A stretch of DNA of 64,000 nt. Source: an uncultured Chloroflexia bacterium. GTDB taxonomy: Bacteria; Chloroflexota; Limnocylindria; Limnocylindrales; CSP1-4. Positions within the stretch are counted from its first letter, which is position 1, and each line of letters starts with the position of its first letter. Under the pieces are notes generated by a model. It was not told where the DNA came from. It worked only from the letters and a program-made list of their open reading frames with translations, and made no database searches. The translations under genes were made by a program, and so were the position numbers. Shown here piece by piece: positions 49,912 through 59,209 of the stretch. The stretch spans positions 223,475 to 287,474 of the forward strand of contig CAWGTR010000006.1 in NCBI GenBank assembly GCA_963825545.1. The letters are read 5' to 3'.

Positions 49912-50882
49912 ATGAGTGCCTATCAGGAATTCACCGGCAAGACCGTCGAGGAGGCTCTTCGCAACGCCCGCGAGGCGTTCTCGGTCGGGCTCGACGATCT
50001 CGACTTCGAGATCATGACCCCGGGCAGCCGGGGCGTCCTCGGCATGGGCGCGGAGCCTGCCCGCATCGTGGCCGCGCCGCGCAACGCGCTCGGCGGCGCC
50101 GCGCCGAAGCGCGAGGCGGCCGCCTCCGCACCGCTGCCACCGCCGACCCACGAGGACCGGCCACCGCGCCAGGACGACCGGCCGCCCCGGCGTGACGACC
50201 GGCCACCGCGTCGGGACGCCGAGCGGAGCCAGGCCCCGGCCGACCGGCCACCGCGGCCCGACGACCGGCCACCCCGGCGTGACGATCGGCCACCCCGGCG
50301 TGACGACCGACCGCGTCGTCCGAGCTCCGGCGACCTGACCGAGCGCGACCGGGCCGAGCTGGCCGCCGCCCGCGGCTCGGTCGCCTCCGAGCGCGCGGAG
50401 CTCGATGCGGCCGAGGCTTCCCCGAGGCGCTCGCGGCCGGGAAGGAGATCCTCGAGAAGCTGATGGAGCTGCTCGAGTTCGACGTCCGGGTCGAGGTCCA
50501 GACCGGCGAGACGAGCCGGCTGAACGTCGTCGGCGATGAGAGCGAGAAGGAGGCGCTCGGCGCCCTGATCGGTCGCAAGGGGGAGCGCCTGTCAGCGCTC
50601 CAGCACCTCGTCAACCTGATGCTGTCACGGCGGATGGGCGACTGGACCCGCGTCCTGGTCGACGTCGAGGACTACCGCGGCCGGCGGGAGCGCCAGCTGG
50701 TCGAGATCGCTCGGCGCGCCGCCGAGCGCGTCGTCGAGACCGGCAAGATGCTCCAGCTGGAGCCGATGTCGGCGCTCGAGCGCCGCTGGATCCACATCGC
50801 CCTGCGCGACCATCCCGATGTCGTGACCCAGTCGATCGGCGAGGAGCCAAACCGCCGCATCGTCGTCCTCCCGCGCGCCTGA
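49912..50882 (+). CDS. jag: Jag/KhpB RNA-binding protein (Jag_N, repeat linker, KH, R3H), interrupted by a frame change near 50415
   Basis: The N-terminal part (EFTGKTVEEALRNAREAFSVGLDDLDFEIM) plus linker is in the frame of ATG 49912 and stops at 50463. The KH/R3H part (FPEALAAGKEILEKLMELLEFDVRVEV...LIGRKGERLSALQHL...PMSALERRWIHIAL) is in the -1 frame and ends at 50882. Confidence 0.8.
50152..50316 (+). repeat. tandem 24-nt coding repeats (DRPPRRDD octapeptide, about 6.5 units in two blocks)
   Basis: EDRPPRQD-DRPPRRD-DRPPRRD ... ADRPPRPD-DRPPRRD-DRPPRRD-DRPRRP, with GACCGGCCACC(G/C)CG... units visible at the DNA level. Confidence 0.85.
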
Positions 50883-50982
50883 CACACCCGCCCATGCTCG
50901 CGCGTCTTGCCACCGTCCCAGCGACTGGGAGAACCGTACCGCTGGAATTGGCGAAACTTGCTGGTAGGATGACGCACGCATC

Positions 50983-52827
50983 ATGACCACGACGACCGAG
51001 ACCCAGCTCGTTGAAAGTGGAGTCAGCGTCGCATCGCGCCGCTGGCGGTTCGGCCGCGTCCTGATCGCGTTCGTGATCGGGTTCCTCCTGGTCGCGGTCG
51101 CGGCCGGCGGCTCCATCCTCGCGTACGAGCAGAACTACACGGGCAAGGTGGCCGCCGGGGTGTCGATCGGGGGGGTCGACGTCTCCGGGCTGACCCGCCA
51201 GGACGCGGCGGCCAAGCTCCAGGCGGCCTTCGCATCGGTCGGTACCGGCACCGTCACGCTCGACACGCCGATCGGAGCGAAGACCCTGACCTATGCCCAG
51301 CTCGGACGCCGCCCGGACATCGACGGGATGCTCGACGAGGCGTTCGCGGTCGGCCGGACGGGCAACCCGGTCGAGCGCGTGGTGGAGGAAGCGCGAACGG
51401 CCGTCAACCGGTCGACCGTCGCGCCGCGCGTCGCGATCGACACCGATGTGCTCCAGGCGGCCATCGCCGGGCTCGCGACCTCGATCGACCGCGCGCCAAC
51501 GTCCGCCATCGTGACCCCGAGCCCGACCGGCCTGGCCGACACGGCGGCGGTCTGGGGTCGGACGGTCGACGTGACGGCGATGACGAGCTCGATCTCGGCG
51601 GCGCTCGCCGCCCCGGATGCGCCGAGCACGCTGTCGATCCCGCTGGCCGTCGAACCCGTGGCACCGGCCGTCACCGACGTCGACGCGATGATCGCCCAGT
51701 CGCGGGCCAACCGGATGGTCGCCCCGATCGTCCTCAACCACGGCAAGGACAAGTGGACCATCGCCGACAAGACCGTCCGCACATGGCTGACCTTCGGGAG
51801 CTGGCCCGACGGGAGCTACGGGCCGCTCGTCGATCCGACCAAGGTCCAGGCCGCGGTCGCCGCACTGTCGACGAAGATCGACCAAAAGGCCGTCTCGGCG
51901 ACGTTCTACACGAGCAAGGGCGGATCGGTGGTCGGGGTGAAGCCCGCCAAGACCGGCCGCAAGCTCGACGTCCCCGGCACGGTGACTGCGATCCAGGCAC
52001 TGCTGAACGATCGCGCTGGAGCCGGCAAGGAACCGTCCGCGCCGATCGTTCCCGCGCTGGCCGTACTCCAGCCGCAGCTGACCACCGACCAGGCGGCCAA
52101 GGCCGCACCGCTCATGAGGGCGATCTCCTCGTGGACCACGTACTACGCGGTCGGCGCCCACAACGGCTTCGCCGCGAACATCACGATCCCGTCGATGGCC
52201 ATCAACGGCACGGTCGTCGCCCCCGGCCAGTGGTTCAGCTACTGGAAGACCGTCGGTGAGGTCAGCCTTGCCAAGGGCTACAAGCTCGGCGGCGCGATCA
52301 TCGACGGCCACTCGGTGGAGGGCAAGTCGATCGGCGGCGGGATCTGCTCCTCGTCGACCACGCTGTTCAACGCGGCCCTGCGGGCCGGCCTCCAGATGGG
52401 CGCCCGGAAGAACCACTACTACTACATCTCGCGCTATCCGAAGGGCCTCGACGCCACGGTCTTCAAGAGCGACGGCGGCGGCGCCCAGGACATGACGTTC
52501 CGCAACGACACGAAGTACCCGATCCTCATCCGGACCTACGCCCGGCCGGGCATCGTCCGGTTCACGGTCTTCAGCGTTCCGACGGGCCGGCGGGTCACGT
52601 TCAGCCGGCCGATCGTGAAGAACTACAAGCCGGGCTACACGGTCACGAAGTACGTCACCTCGCTCAGGCCGGGCGTGCACGAGCAGGTCGAGTACCAGGC
52701 GGACGGCCAGGATGTGTGGGTGACCCGCTTCGTCAAGGACAGGACGGGCAAGCTCATCCACAAGGAGACGTTCTACAGCCACTACGCCCAGATGATCGGC
52801 GTCGTCCTGATCGGGCGGAGGAACTGA
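50983..52827 (+). CDS. VanW-family protein (membrane-anchored)
   Basis: N-terminal TM, then GGGICSSSTTLFNAALRAGLQM...HYYYISRYPKGLDATV...MTFRNDTKYPILI. Confidence 0.85.
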   Translation: MTTTTETQLVESGVSVASRRWRFGRVLIAFVIGFLLVAVAAGGSILAYEQNYTGKVAAGVSIGGVDVSGLTRQDAAAKLQAAFASVGTGTVTLDTPIGAKTLTYAQLGRRPDIDGMLDEAFAVGRTGNPVERVVEEARTAVNRSTVAPRVAIDTDVLQAAIAGLATSIDRAPTSAIVTPSPTGLADTAAVWGRTVDVTAMTSSISAALAAPDAPSTLSIPLAVEPVAPAVTDVDAMIAQSRANRMVAPIVLNHGKDKWTIADKTVRTWLTFGSWPDGSYGPLVDPTKVQAAVAALSTKIDQKAVSATFYTSKGGSVVGVKPAKTGRKLDVPGTVTAIQALLNDRAGAGKEPSAPIVPALAVLQPQLTTDQAAKAAPLMRAISSWTTYYAVGAHNGFAANITIPSMAINGTVVAPGQWFSYWKTVGEVSLAKGYKLGGAIIDGHSVEGKSIGGGICSSSTTLFNAALRAGLQMGARKNHYYYISRYPKGLDATVFKSDGGGAQDMTFRNDTKYPILIRTYARPGIVRFTVFSVPTGRRVTFSRPIVKNYKPGYTVTKYVTSLRPGVHEQVEYQADGQDVWVTRFVKDRTGKLIHKETFYSHYAQMIGVVLIGRRN

Positions 52828-53047
52828 GCCCCGGCCGGCCACCCGCCGGCCCGCCTGTCGTCGACGCCCTCCCATCCGCGCCCGCATTCGGATGCCTGCG
52901 ACCCGCATCGCCTGCGCGGTCGGTCCCTGCCGGGACGGTCCGATCGGCTCTGGTGGGCCCAGGTCGGTCCGGGCATCGTGACCTCGTCGACGCCAGCGGC
53001 GGATTCGAGCCGGGTCGATCGGCTGCTCGCGGGAAGGAAGGTCGCAG

Positions 53048-53545
53048 ATGAAGGTGCTGGTCAGCGCCGCCTCGAAGCACGGTGCCACCCTCGGGATCGC
53101 CGACGCGATCAGCCGCGGTCTCGCCAGGGGGGACATCGAGGCCGAGATCGTGGCACCCGACGACGTACGCAGCCTCAAGGGCTACGACGCCGTGGTCATC
53201 GGGAGTGCCGTGTACGCGGGTCGCTGGATGGATGACGCCAAGCGGCTGGTCGACCGCGAGGCCGCGGCGCTGAAGGAGCTCCCGGTCTGGATCTTCTCGA
53301 GCGGGCCGATCGGGGATCCGCCCAAGCCCGAGGAGGAGCCGGTCGACGTCGAAGCGATCCGGGTGGCGATCCGTCCGCGTGACCACCGCATGTTCGCGGG
53401 GCTGCTCGACAAGAGCCGGCTCGGCTTCGGCGAGCGCGCGATCGTGAAGGTCGTGCGGGCCGAGGAGGGCGACTACCGCCCCTGGGCGGACGTCGAGGCG
53501 TGGGTCGCCGGGATCGCCGAGGCGCTCAAGGCGCCGGTCGCCTAG
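53048..53545 (+). CDS. flavodoxin-like domain protein (HemG/flavodoxin family)
   Basis: MKVLVSAASKHGAT...YDAVVIGSAVYAGRW...PVWIFSSGP. Confidence 0.7.
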   Translation: MKVLVSAASKHGATLGIADAISRGLARGDIEAEIVAPDDVRSLKGYDAVVIGSAVYAGRWMDDAKRLVDREAAALKELPVWIFSSGPIGDPPKPEEEPVDVEAIRVAIRPRDHRMFAGLLDKSRLGFGERAIVKVVRAEEGDYRPWADVEAWVAGIAEALKAPVA

Positions 53546-53606
53546 CCCGCGCCCGGTCTGAGCCGGCAACCCGGGGCGGCGCTACGCGAGCGCACGCCGG
53601 ATCGGT

Positions 53607-53980
53607 TGGTGGAGATGGGGGAGAGTCGAACTCCCCGTCCAGAACCCGTCGCCCGGGACCACTACGAGCGTGTCCGATGGTTTGTCGTCGACCGCCCGAG
53701 CGCCCATCGGCAGGCTACCGGACGGTCCAGTCACGTGTCCCTAGATCGGGCTTGGTCCGACGTTACGCGACGCTTGCGCCGGCTGCATCCTCGCTGAATG
53801 ACGCTTCCACAGCCCGCGAGGAGGAGGCTGCTTCCACGCTCACCTTACCGCCTAAGCGGCGAGGGCGAGAGTCGACTGGCGGTTGCCAGGTACTTCGTTT
53901 TGCCGCCTGTTTAACGAGGCCTGACGGCACCTCGGCTCGCACTCCCGGGTAGCTGGACCCTGTCGAATCCACGCATCCCC
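53607..53980 (-). ncRNA. ssrA: tmRNA (SsrA), 374 nt
   Basis: 5' GGGGAUGCGUGGAUUCGACAGGG and 3' GGAGUUCGACUCUCCCCCAUCUCCACCA. The 7-bp acceptor stem has a G3:U pair. The internal tag frame GGC AAC CGC CAG UCG ACU CUC GCC CUC GCC GCU UAG encodes (A)GNRQSTLALAA. Adjacent to smpB. Confidence 0.9.
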
Positions 53981-53988
53981 GTTCCCCC

Positions 53989-54017
53989 AGTGTAGCGTGG
54001 CCGCCTCGTTCGGCCAA
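53989..54017 (-). promoter_or_regulatory. candidate ssrA promoter: TTGGCC, 17 nt spacer, TACACT
   Basis: The -10 TACACT (53994-53989) ends 8 nt before the mature 5' G. The -35 TTGGCC (54017-54012) is at exact 17-nt spacing. Confidence 0.5.
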
Positions 54018-54048
54018 TCTGCCCGCCCGTGGACGCCGCCGCGGTGCG

Positions 54049-54516
54049 TCAGGATCGGCCGCGCTGGACGTCGGCGAGCTCGCGGGCGACGTCGCGTCGC
54101 GAGTCGCGATCGGCGATATCGCGCCGGCGATCGTGGAGCTGCTTGCCACGGGCGAGCCCGATCTCGAGCTTGGCCCGGCCGCGCTCGGTCAGGTAGAGCT
54201 TGAGCGGGACCATGGTCTGGCCCTTCTGCTTCGTCCGGGACAGCAGCTGGGTGATCTGCGCCCGGTGGAGGAGCAGCTTGCGCTGGCGCTTGGCCTCGTG
54301 GTTGTAGCGGTTGCCCGTCTCCCACGGCGCGATGTGCATGCCGAAGACCCAGGCCTCGCCGCGGTCGATCCGGACGTAGGCGTCGGCCAGGTTCACCTTC
54401 CGCGCACGGATCGACTTGATCTCGGTGCCGGTCAGGACGAGACCGGCCTCGAACGTGTCGTCGATCGTGAACTCGTGGCGTGCTCTTCGGTTGTGGGCGA
54501 TCGTCTCCTCGCCCAT
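54049..54516 (-). CDS. smpB: SsrA-binding protein SmpB
   Basis: IAHNRRARHEFTIDDTFEAGLVLTGTEIKSIR...NHEAKRQRKLLLHRAQI...VPLKLYL...AKLEIGLARGKQLHDRR. ATG 54516 is preceded by AAGGAG. Confidence 0.95.
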   Translation of the reverse strand: MGEETIAHNRRARHEFTIDDTFEAGLVLTGTEIKSIRARKVNLADAYVRIDRGEAWVFGMHIAPWETGNRYNHEAKRQRKLLLHRAQITQLLSRTKQKGQTMVPLKLYLTERGRAKLEIGLARGKQLHDRRRDIADRDSRRDVARELADVQRGRS

Positions 54517-54695
54517 GCGGGACTCCTTGATGTGAGGCGCCGTGCCGGGCCGCGGCCCGACCGGATCGCGCCGGCCGATCGCGAGAACGGACAGTGTGCG
54601 CCGGATGCCGGCCGCCGGGGCCGCGATCCGGACCGCGAACTGCCCGGCGCCGATGGGAGCCGGATCGGGCTGGACCCGACTCCCGGCGGACGCAC

Positions 54696-54723
54696 GAACG
54701 CCGGCCCTCTCGGACCGGCGTTC
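54696..54723 (-). terminator. strong hairpin GAACGCCGG, 10 nt loop, CCGGCGTTC (no U-tract)
   Basis: Perfect 9-bp GC-rich stem about 150 nt downstream of the ctpA stop. It is the third of three consecutive hairpins. Confidence 0.4.
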
Positions 54724-54872
54724 GAAAGCTTCATCCACCCGCAGGGGTGTCCGCTTAGACGGCCATCTCCTGCGAGGTGGTGCAGCTACGTGGTTCGATC
54801 ACTGCACATCACCTCCTTTCGTTCGCGGCAACCCTACTGGAACCGGCCGCGGAGCGCAACCGGTAGCCGAGC

Positions 54873-56255
54873 TCAGGCCGCGGGGTCCAGGGCCATCACT
54901 CCCGTCGGTGGCTCGCCGAGCACGCTGAGGGCGCGGTCAAGCACCGGATCGGTGCCCGGCGCGGCCCCGCTGCCGTCGACCGGAACGTCGGGGGTGAGCC
55001 CGACGTGGTGGATCCAGCGACCCTTGGGCGTCAGCCACTTCGCGATCGTCAGCCGATAGCCGCCGTTGTCGTCGGCCAGCTGCTGCCAGACCTGGATCGT
55101 GCCCTTGCCGTACGACTTCGCCCCGACGAGCGTGGCCCGTCCGAGGTCCTGCAGGGCACCCGCCACGATCTCGCTCGCCGAGGCGCTGCCGCCGTCGATC
55201 AGGACCGCGACCCTGATGGCCGGGTCGGTTGCGGCGCCGCCCGCCTGGGCCAGGGTCGGCGTGCGCGTCCCGGCGGCGTCCTCCTCCGAGAAGATCGTGG
55301 TCCCCGCCGGGACGAACTGGCTGATGACCTGCTGCGCGTCGGTGACGAAGCCGCCGGGGTTGCCGCGCAGGTCGACGACGATCCGCTTCTGGCCGGCCGC
55401 CACGTCCGCCGCGACGTCGGCCGCGAAGTCCCTGGCCGCCTGGTCGCTGAACCCGGCGAGCTTGATGTAGCCAACGGCGCCCCCGGCCAGCGAGCGCGTG
55501 GACACCTCGGGCTGGACGACGACGTCGCGCACGATCGCGAGGTCGAACGGCGCCGCCGAGCCGCGCACGATCGCCAGGGTGACGGTGGTCCCCTTGGGGC
55601 CGCGAACCTTCGCCAGGGCGGCGTCGGCGGTCAGACCGTCGACGGTGACCCCGTCGATCGCCGTGATCTGGTCGCCGGCCCGCAGGCCCGCCTTCTCGGC
55701 CGGGGCCCCGGGAATCGGCTGCGTGACGACGAGGGCGCAGCCACGGCCGAGCGTCGGGCAGTCGCCCGCGCCGCTGACCCGGCGCGTCTCGACCTGGGCG
55801 CCGATCCCTTCGAATTGACCCGACAGTCCCTGCAGTGACTGGCGGTACTCGTCCGGGCTCAGGTAGGCGCTGAACGGGTCGCCCAGGGCGGCGATCATGC
55901 CCCGGATCGCGCCGTCAATCAGCGTCTTCCGATCGACCGGCCCGCCCGCATAGTCCTCGGTCACGGACCGGTAGGCGTCCCAGAACGGCTGGAACGCCGC
56001 TTCCTCGCCGGCCGGCGTGCCCGGGGTCGTCGCCTTGAGCGAGCCGAGCGCAAAGCCGGACAGGAACAGCGTGGATCCGGCGACGATCGCGACAAGCCCG
56101 ATGGCGATCCAGCGCGGGGCCGATCGCGACCGCGGGATCGGCGGTGCAGCACGGGCCGCGGAGTCTGGTGGAGCGCCGGCCTCGGCGGCAGGCGGCCGGT
56201 CGGTCTCGACGATGCCGGCAGCCCCCGCGGGCTGGTCGGCGTCGGGTTCGGTCAT
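54873..56255 (-). CDS. ctpA: S41 carboxy-terminal processing peptidase (PDZ-containing)
   Basis: N-terminal TM; GIGAQV...PAEKAGLRAGDQITAIDG (PDZ); VVDLRGNPGGFV; DGGSASASEIVAGALQD...GAKSYGKGT (Ser/Lys dyad). Confidence 0.9.
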   Translation of the reverse strand: MTEPDADQPAGAAGIVETDRPPAAEAGAPPDSAARAAPPIPRSRSAPRWIAIGLVAIVAGSTLFLSGFALGSLKATTPGTPAGEEAAFQPFWDAYRSVTEDYAGGPVDRKTLIDGAIRGMIAALGDPFSAYLSPDEYRQSLQGLSGQFEGIGAQVETRRVSGAGDCPTLGRGCALVVTQPIPGAPAEKAGLRAGDQITAIDGVTVDGLTADAALAKVRGPKGTTVTLAIVRGSAAPFDLAIVRDVVVQPEVSTRSLAGGAVGYIKLAGFSDQAARDFAADVAADVAAGQKRIVVDLRGNPGGFVTDAQQVISQFVPAGTTIFSEEDAAGTRTPTLAQAGGAATDPAIRVAVLIDGGSASASEIVAGALQDLGRATLVGAKSYGKGTIQVWQQLADDNGGYRLTIAKWLTPKGRWIHHVGLTPDVPVDGSGAAPGTDPVLDRALSVLGEPPTGVMALDPAA

Positions 56256-56407
56256 GGTGGTCGTCCTGGTGTGGAGATTCGGGAATGGGGGCGCCAGCGT
56301 ACGACGAGCCCGCGAAACCGTCCGGCGTTGGGTCGGATGGGGGCTCGACGCTCCGAAGGGGGTCGACGGGTCCGGCGGGGCCGACCCGCGCCCGGATCGG
56401 CCGGCGG

Positions 56408-57292
56408 CTACTTGAGCAGGTAGCTCCGGACCGACACCCACGAGCCGAGGACCCCGAGCCCGACCCCGGTCACGAGGACGATGAGCGTCAGGTCGCGACC
56501 GAGCGACCCGAGCTGGAGCGGCAGGACCTGGAAGAAGCCGGTCATGAACCGCCCGAGCGGCTCGGCGCCGAGCGCCAGCAGCGCCAGCGTCGCCACCGCC
56601 CCGATGAGGCCCACGAGCGCCCCTTCGAAGATGAACGGCCAGCGGATGAACGCGTCCGACGCCCCGACGAGACGCATGATCTCGATCTCCTCGGCGCGGG
56701 CCACGACCGCCAGGCGGATCGTGTTCACGATGATGAACAGCACGACGACCCCGACCAGGATGAGCACGATCAGGCCGCCCGTCCGCAGGAGGTTGGTCAC
56801 GGTCAGGACCCGGTCGATCAGGCTCTGGACCTCGATCACCCGGTCGACCGACGGATCCGCGCGCAGGAACTCGACGACGTTGCCGAAGACCTTGGGGTCC
56901 TTGAGCTTGACCTCGATCGACCCGGGCAGCGGGTTCGCGTCGAGGTACTGGGTAAGGTCGCTGCGACCCTGCTCGCGGAGTCGTTCCTGGAAGCGTCGCA
57001 GCGCCTCGCCGGAGGTGACGTACTCGACGCTGGCGACCTCGGGCAGGGCGGCGGTCCGCCGGGTGAGGTCGTCGATCGCCGGGGTCGTGGCCTCGGTCTT
57101 GACGTCGGCCACGATCTGGACCTTCTGCTCGACGAACTCGAGCCCCGCATTCAGCCCGGTGAGGACGACGAAGAACCCGGACAGCAGCAGGAGCATGAAG
57201 ATCATCGTCGCGGTCGCCGCCAGGCTCATCACCGCGTTCCGCCAGAAGCCCTGCCACGCCCGCCGGAGGCTGAAGCCGACGAACGAGATCAT
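56408..57292 (-). CDS. ftsX: cell division permease-like protein FtsX
   Basis: Four TM segments plus a periplasmic domain. NTIRLAVVARAEEIEIMRLVGASDAFIRWPFIFEG. Confidence 0.9.
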   Translation of the reverse strand: MISFVGFSLRRAWQGFWRNAVMSLAATATMIFMLLLLSGFFVVLTGLNAGLEFVEQKVQIVADVKTEATTPAIDDLTRRTAALPEVASVEYVTSGEALRRFQERLREQGRSDLTQYLDANPLPGSIEVKLKDPKVFGNVVEFLRADPSVDRVIEVQSLIDRVLTVTNLLRTGGLIVLILVGVVVLFIIVNTIRLAVVARAEEIEIMRLVGASDAFIRWPFIFEGALVGLIGAVATLALLALGAEPLGRFMTGFFQVLPLQLGSLGRDLTLIVLVTGVGLGVLGSWVSVRSYLLK

Positions 57293-57298
57293 CGTTCG

Positions 57299-58075
57299 CT
57301 AGTCCTCACGGTGGTAGGCCGCGGCCTCCTCGTCGCGGATCACGCGGCCCTCCTCGAGGGCCACGACCCGCTTTCGGAGGGCGGTGACGATCTCGGCGTT
57401 GTGGGTGGCCATGAGGACCGTCACGCCGAGCTCGTTGATCCGCAGCAGCAGCTGGAGGATCTCCCAGCTGATGAGCGGGTCGAGGTTGCCGGTCGGTTCG
57501 TCGGCGATGATCAGCCGGGGATCGTGAACGAGCGCGCGGGCGATCGCCGTCCGCTGCTGCTCGCCACCCGACAGCGTGCTCGGCAGCTGGCGGGCCTGGG
57601 CGGTCAGCCCGACGAGAGCAAGGACCCGGTCGACGGCGGGCCCAATCTCCCGGCTTGGCGTGCCGGTCACCTCGAGCGCGAACGCGACGTTCTCCCAGAC
57701 CGTCTTCGTCGGGAGGAGCTTGAAGTCCTGGAAGATGATCCCGATCTTGCGCCGGATGCGCGGGACCTCGCGGCGGGCGAGCCGGGCAAGGTCCAGGCCG
57801 TCGAGGATGACCACGCCCTCGGTCGCGATCTCGTCGCGGATGAGCAGCTTGATCAGGGTCGACTTGCCGGCTCCGGACGGTCCGACGAGGAACACGAAGT
57901 CGCCCTCGGGGACGACGAGGTCGACGTCGCGCAGGGCGACGTTGCCGTTCGGGAAGGTCTTGGTGACGTCGTGCAGAACGACGACGGCCCCATCGACGGG
58001 GGCCTCGGTCGGGGCGAGACCGACGGGGCGTCCACGGTGGGAGCGAGCGGCGGCTCGGAGGGGGGCCAGGGTCAC
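57299..58075 (-). CDS. ftsE: cell division ATP-binding protein FtsE
   Basis: GPSGAGKSTLIKLL, LSGGEQQRTAIARAL and LIIADEPTGNLD. The start is uncertain: GTG 58075 is listed, TTG 58138 is the ORF opening, and there is no canonical start nearer the conserved N-terminus. Confidence 0.9.
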   Translation of the reverse strand: MTLAPLRAAARSHRGRPVGLAPTEAPVDGAVVVLHDVTKTFPNGNVALRDVDLVVPEGDFVFLVGPSGAGKSTLIKLLIRDEIATEGVVILDGLDLARLARREVPRIRRKIGIIFQDFKLLPTKTVWENVAFALEVTGTPSREIGPAVDRVLALVGLTAQARQLPSTLSGGEQQRTAIARALVHDPRLIIADEPTGNLDPLISWEILQLLLRINELGVTVLMATHNAEIVTALRKRVVALEEGRVIRDEEAAAYHRED

Positions 58076-58204
58076 GATCAGCTCCGCGGCGGCGGTCCGG
58101 ACCGGCGCGGATCGCCGATCACCGGGTCCCGGCTCCAACCCTGGGCACGAACGAGGGAGCCACGTCCTGCGGAGGCTACCACGCTCGGCCGGGATCGGTG
58201 CTCG

Positions 58205-59209
58205 TCAGAGCAGCCCGGGCGAGATCGGGACGTACCGGGAGAAGTCGGCGAATGGGCGGTCCCAGCACAGCATGACGGGATGGCCGTCCACCCGGAGGCC
58301 GGCCGCCAGGAGCGTCGGGATCAGCTTCGGGGCGCCCCCGAGACCCCAGACGGCCTGCGCCCCGCGCGCCGGGACGGCGGCCGCGAGATGGCCGACCACC
58401 GCCTCGAGGAGCGCTCCGTCGCGGACCGCGATCGGGCCGATCCGGCCGATGGCGCCCGCGTAGCCGTAGCCGAGCGGGGTGCCGTCCGGGCCGCGGTACA
58501 GGAATCCCTGGCGGCTTTCCGCGCGCAGGAAGCCGTGATCGACCGGGTGTGCGACCCCGAGCAGCTCGCGATCGAGCGCGTCGACGGTGTCCGCGAGCTC
58601 GCGGTGGCCGGCGCCGCCGGGCGGGCCCGCAGCGATCGTCTCGAACGGGATCGACACGATCCCCGACGGAAGGGCCGGGAACGCCTCCGGCCGGCTGATC
58701 ACCCCGCGGAGGTCGAGGACGGGCATCCGCGGCGCGATCCCGTAGCTCGCGTACAGCGCCGTCGAGATCGGCTGAAGGGTGTCGACCGCGGTCGCCAGCG
58801 AGCCGACCCGCTCCGGCGGCGGGAGCAGGCGCTCGAGCAGCGCGCGGCCGAGCCCCTGGCCCTGCGCCTCGGGGCGGACGAACAGCATCGACAGGAACCA
58901 GAGCGACCCGCGCTCGACGGCCGAGCCGAAGCCGACGATCCGCTCCTTGCCGTCGCCGGGCACGGTCGCGACCACGAAACGGTCGGGGTCACTCGCCAGG
59001 GTGTGGGCGTGCAGCCGGCCGATTGGGCCGAGCTCGTCGGGCACCTCCTCGAGGTGGAGCGGACGCAGGTAGTCGTTGATCGACTCGCGCCAGATGACCG
59101 CGCAGGCGGGAAGGTCGTCCGTGCGGGCGGAACGGAACGCCGTCCCGATCAGCGCCGCCGGCAGCCCCGCGCGACGCCCGATCCGCCGATCCGGTGCGGG
59201 CTCAGCCAC
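58205..59209 (-). CDS. GNAT-family N-acetyltransferase with an extra C-terminal domain
   Basis: LSMLFVRPEAQGQGLGRALLERLL (acetyl-CoA motif A). 334 aa. Confidence 0.65.
   Translation of the reverse strand: MAEPAPDRRIGRRAGLPAALIGTAFRSARTDDLPACAVIWRESINDYLRPLHLEEVPDELGPIGRLHAHTLASDPDRFVVATVPGDGKERIVGFGSAVERGSLWFLSMLFVRPEAQGQGLGRALLERLLPPPERVGSLATAVDTLQPISTALYASYGIAPRMPVLDLRGVISRPEAFPALPSGIVSIPFETIAAGPPGGAGHRELADTVDALDRELLGVAHPVDHGFLRAESRQGFLYRGPDGTPLGYGYAGAIGRIGPIAVRDGALLEAVVGHLAAAVPARGAQAVWGLGGAPKLIPTLLAAGLRVDGHPVMLCWDRPFADFSRYVPISPGLL

Noticed and set aside
50611-53178. 855-aa minus-strand ORF
   Set aside because: It is antisense to jag, vanW and the flavodoxin-like gene, with artefact composition.
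54788-54822. 16S rRNA 3'-end-like string (ATCACCTCCTTTC) and a tRNA-like GGTTCGATC on the plus strand
   Set aside because: No flanking rRNA sequence is present and no cloverleaf can be drawn (the T-stem is only 3 bp). It is interpreted instead as the complement of an SD-like element on the minus strand.
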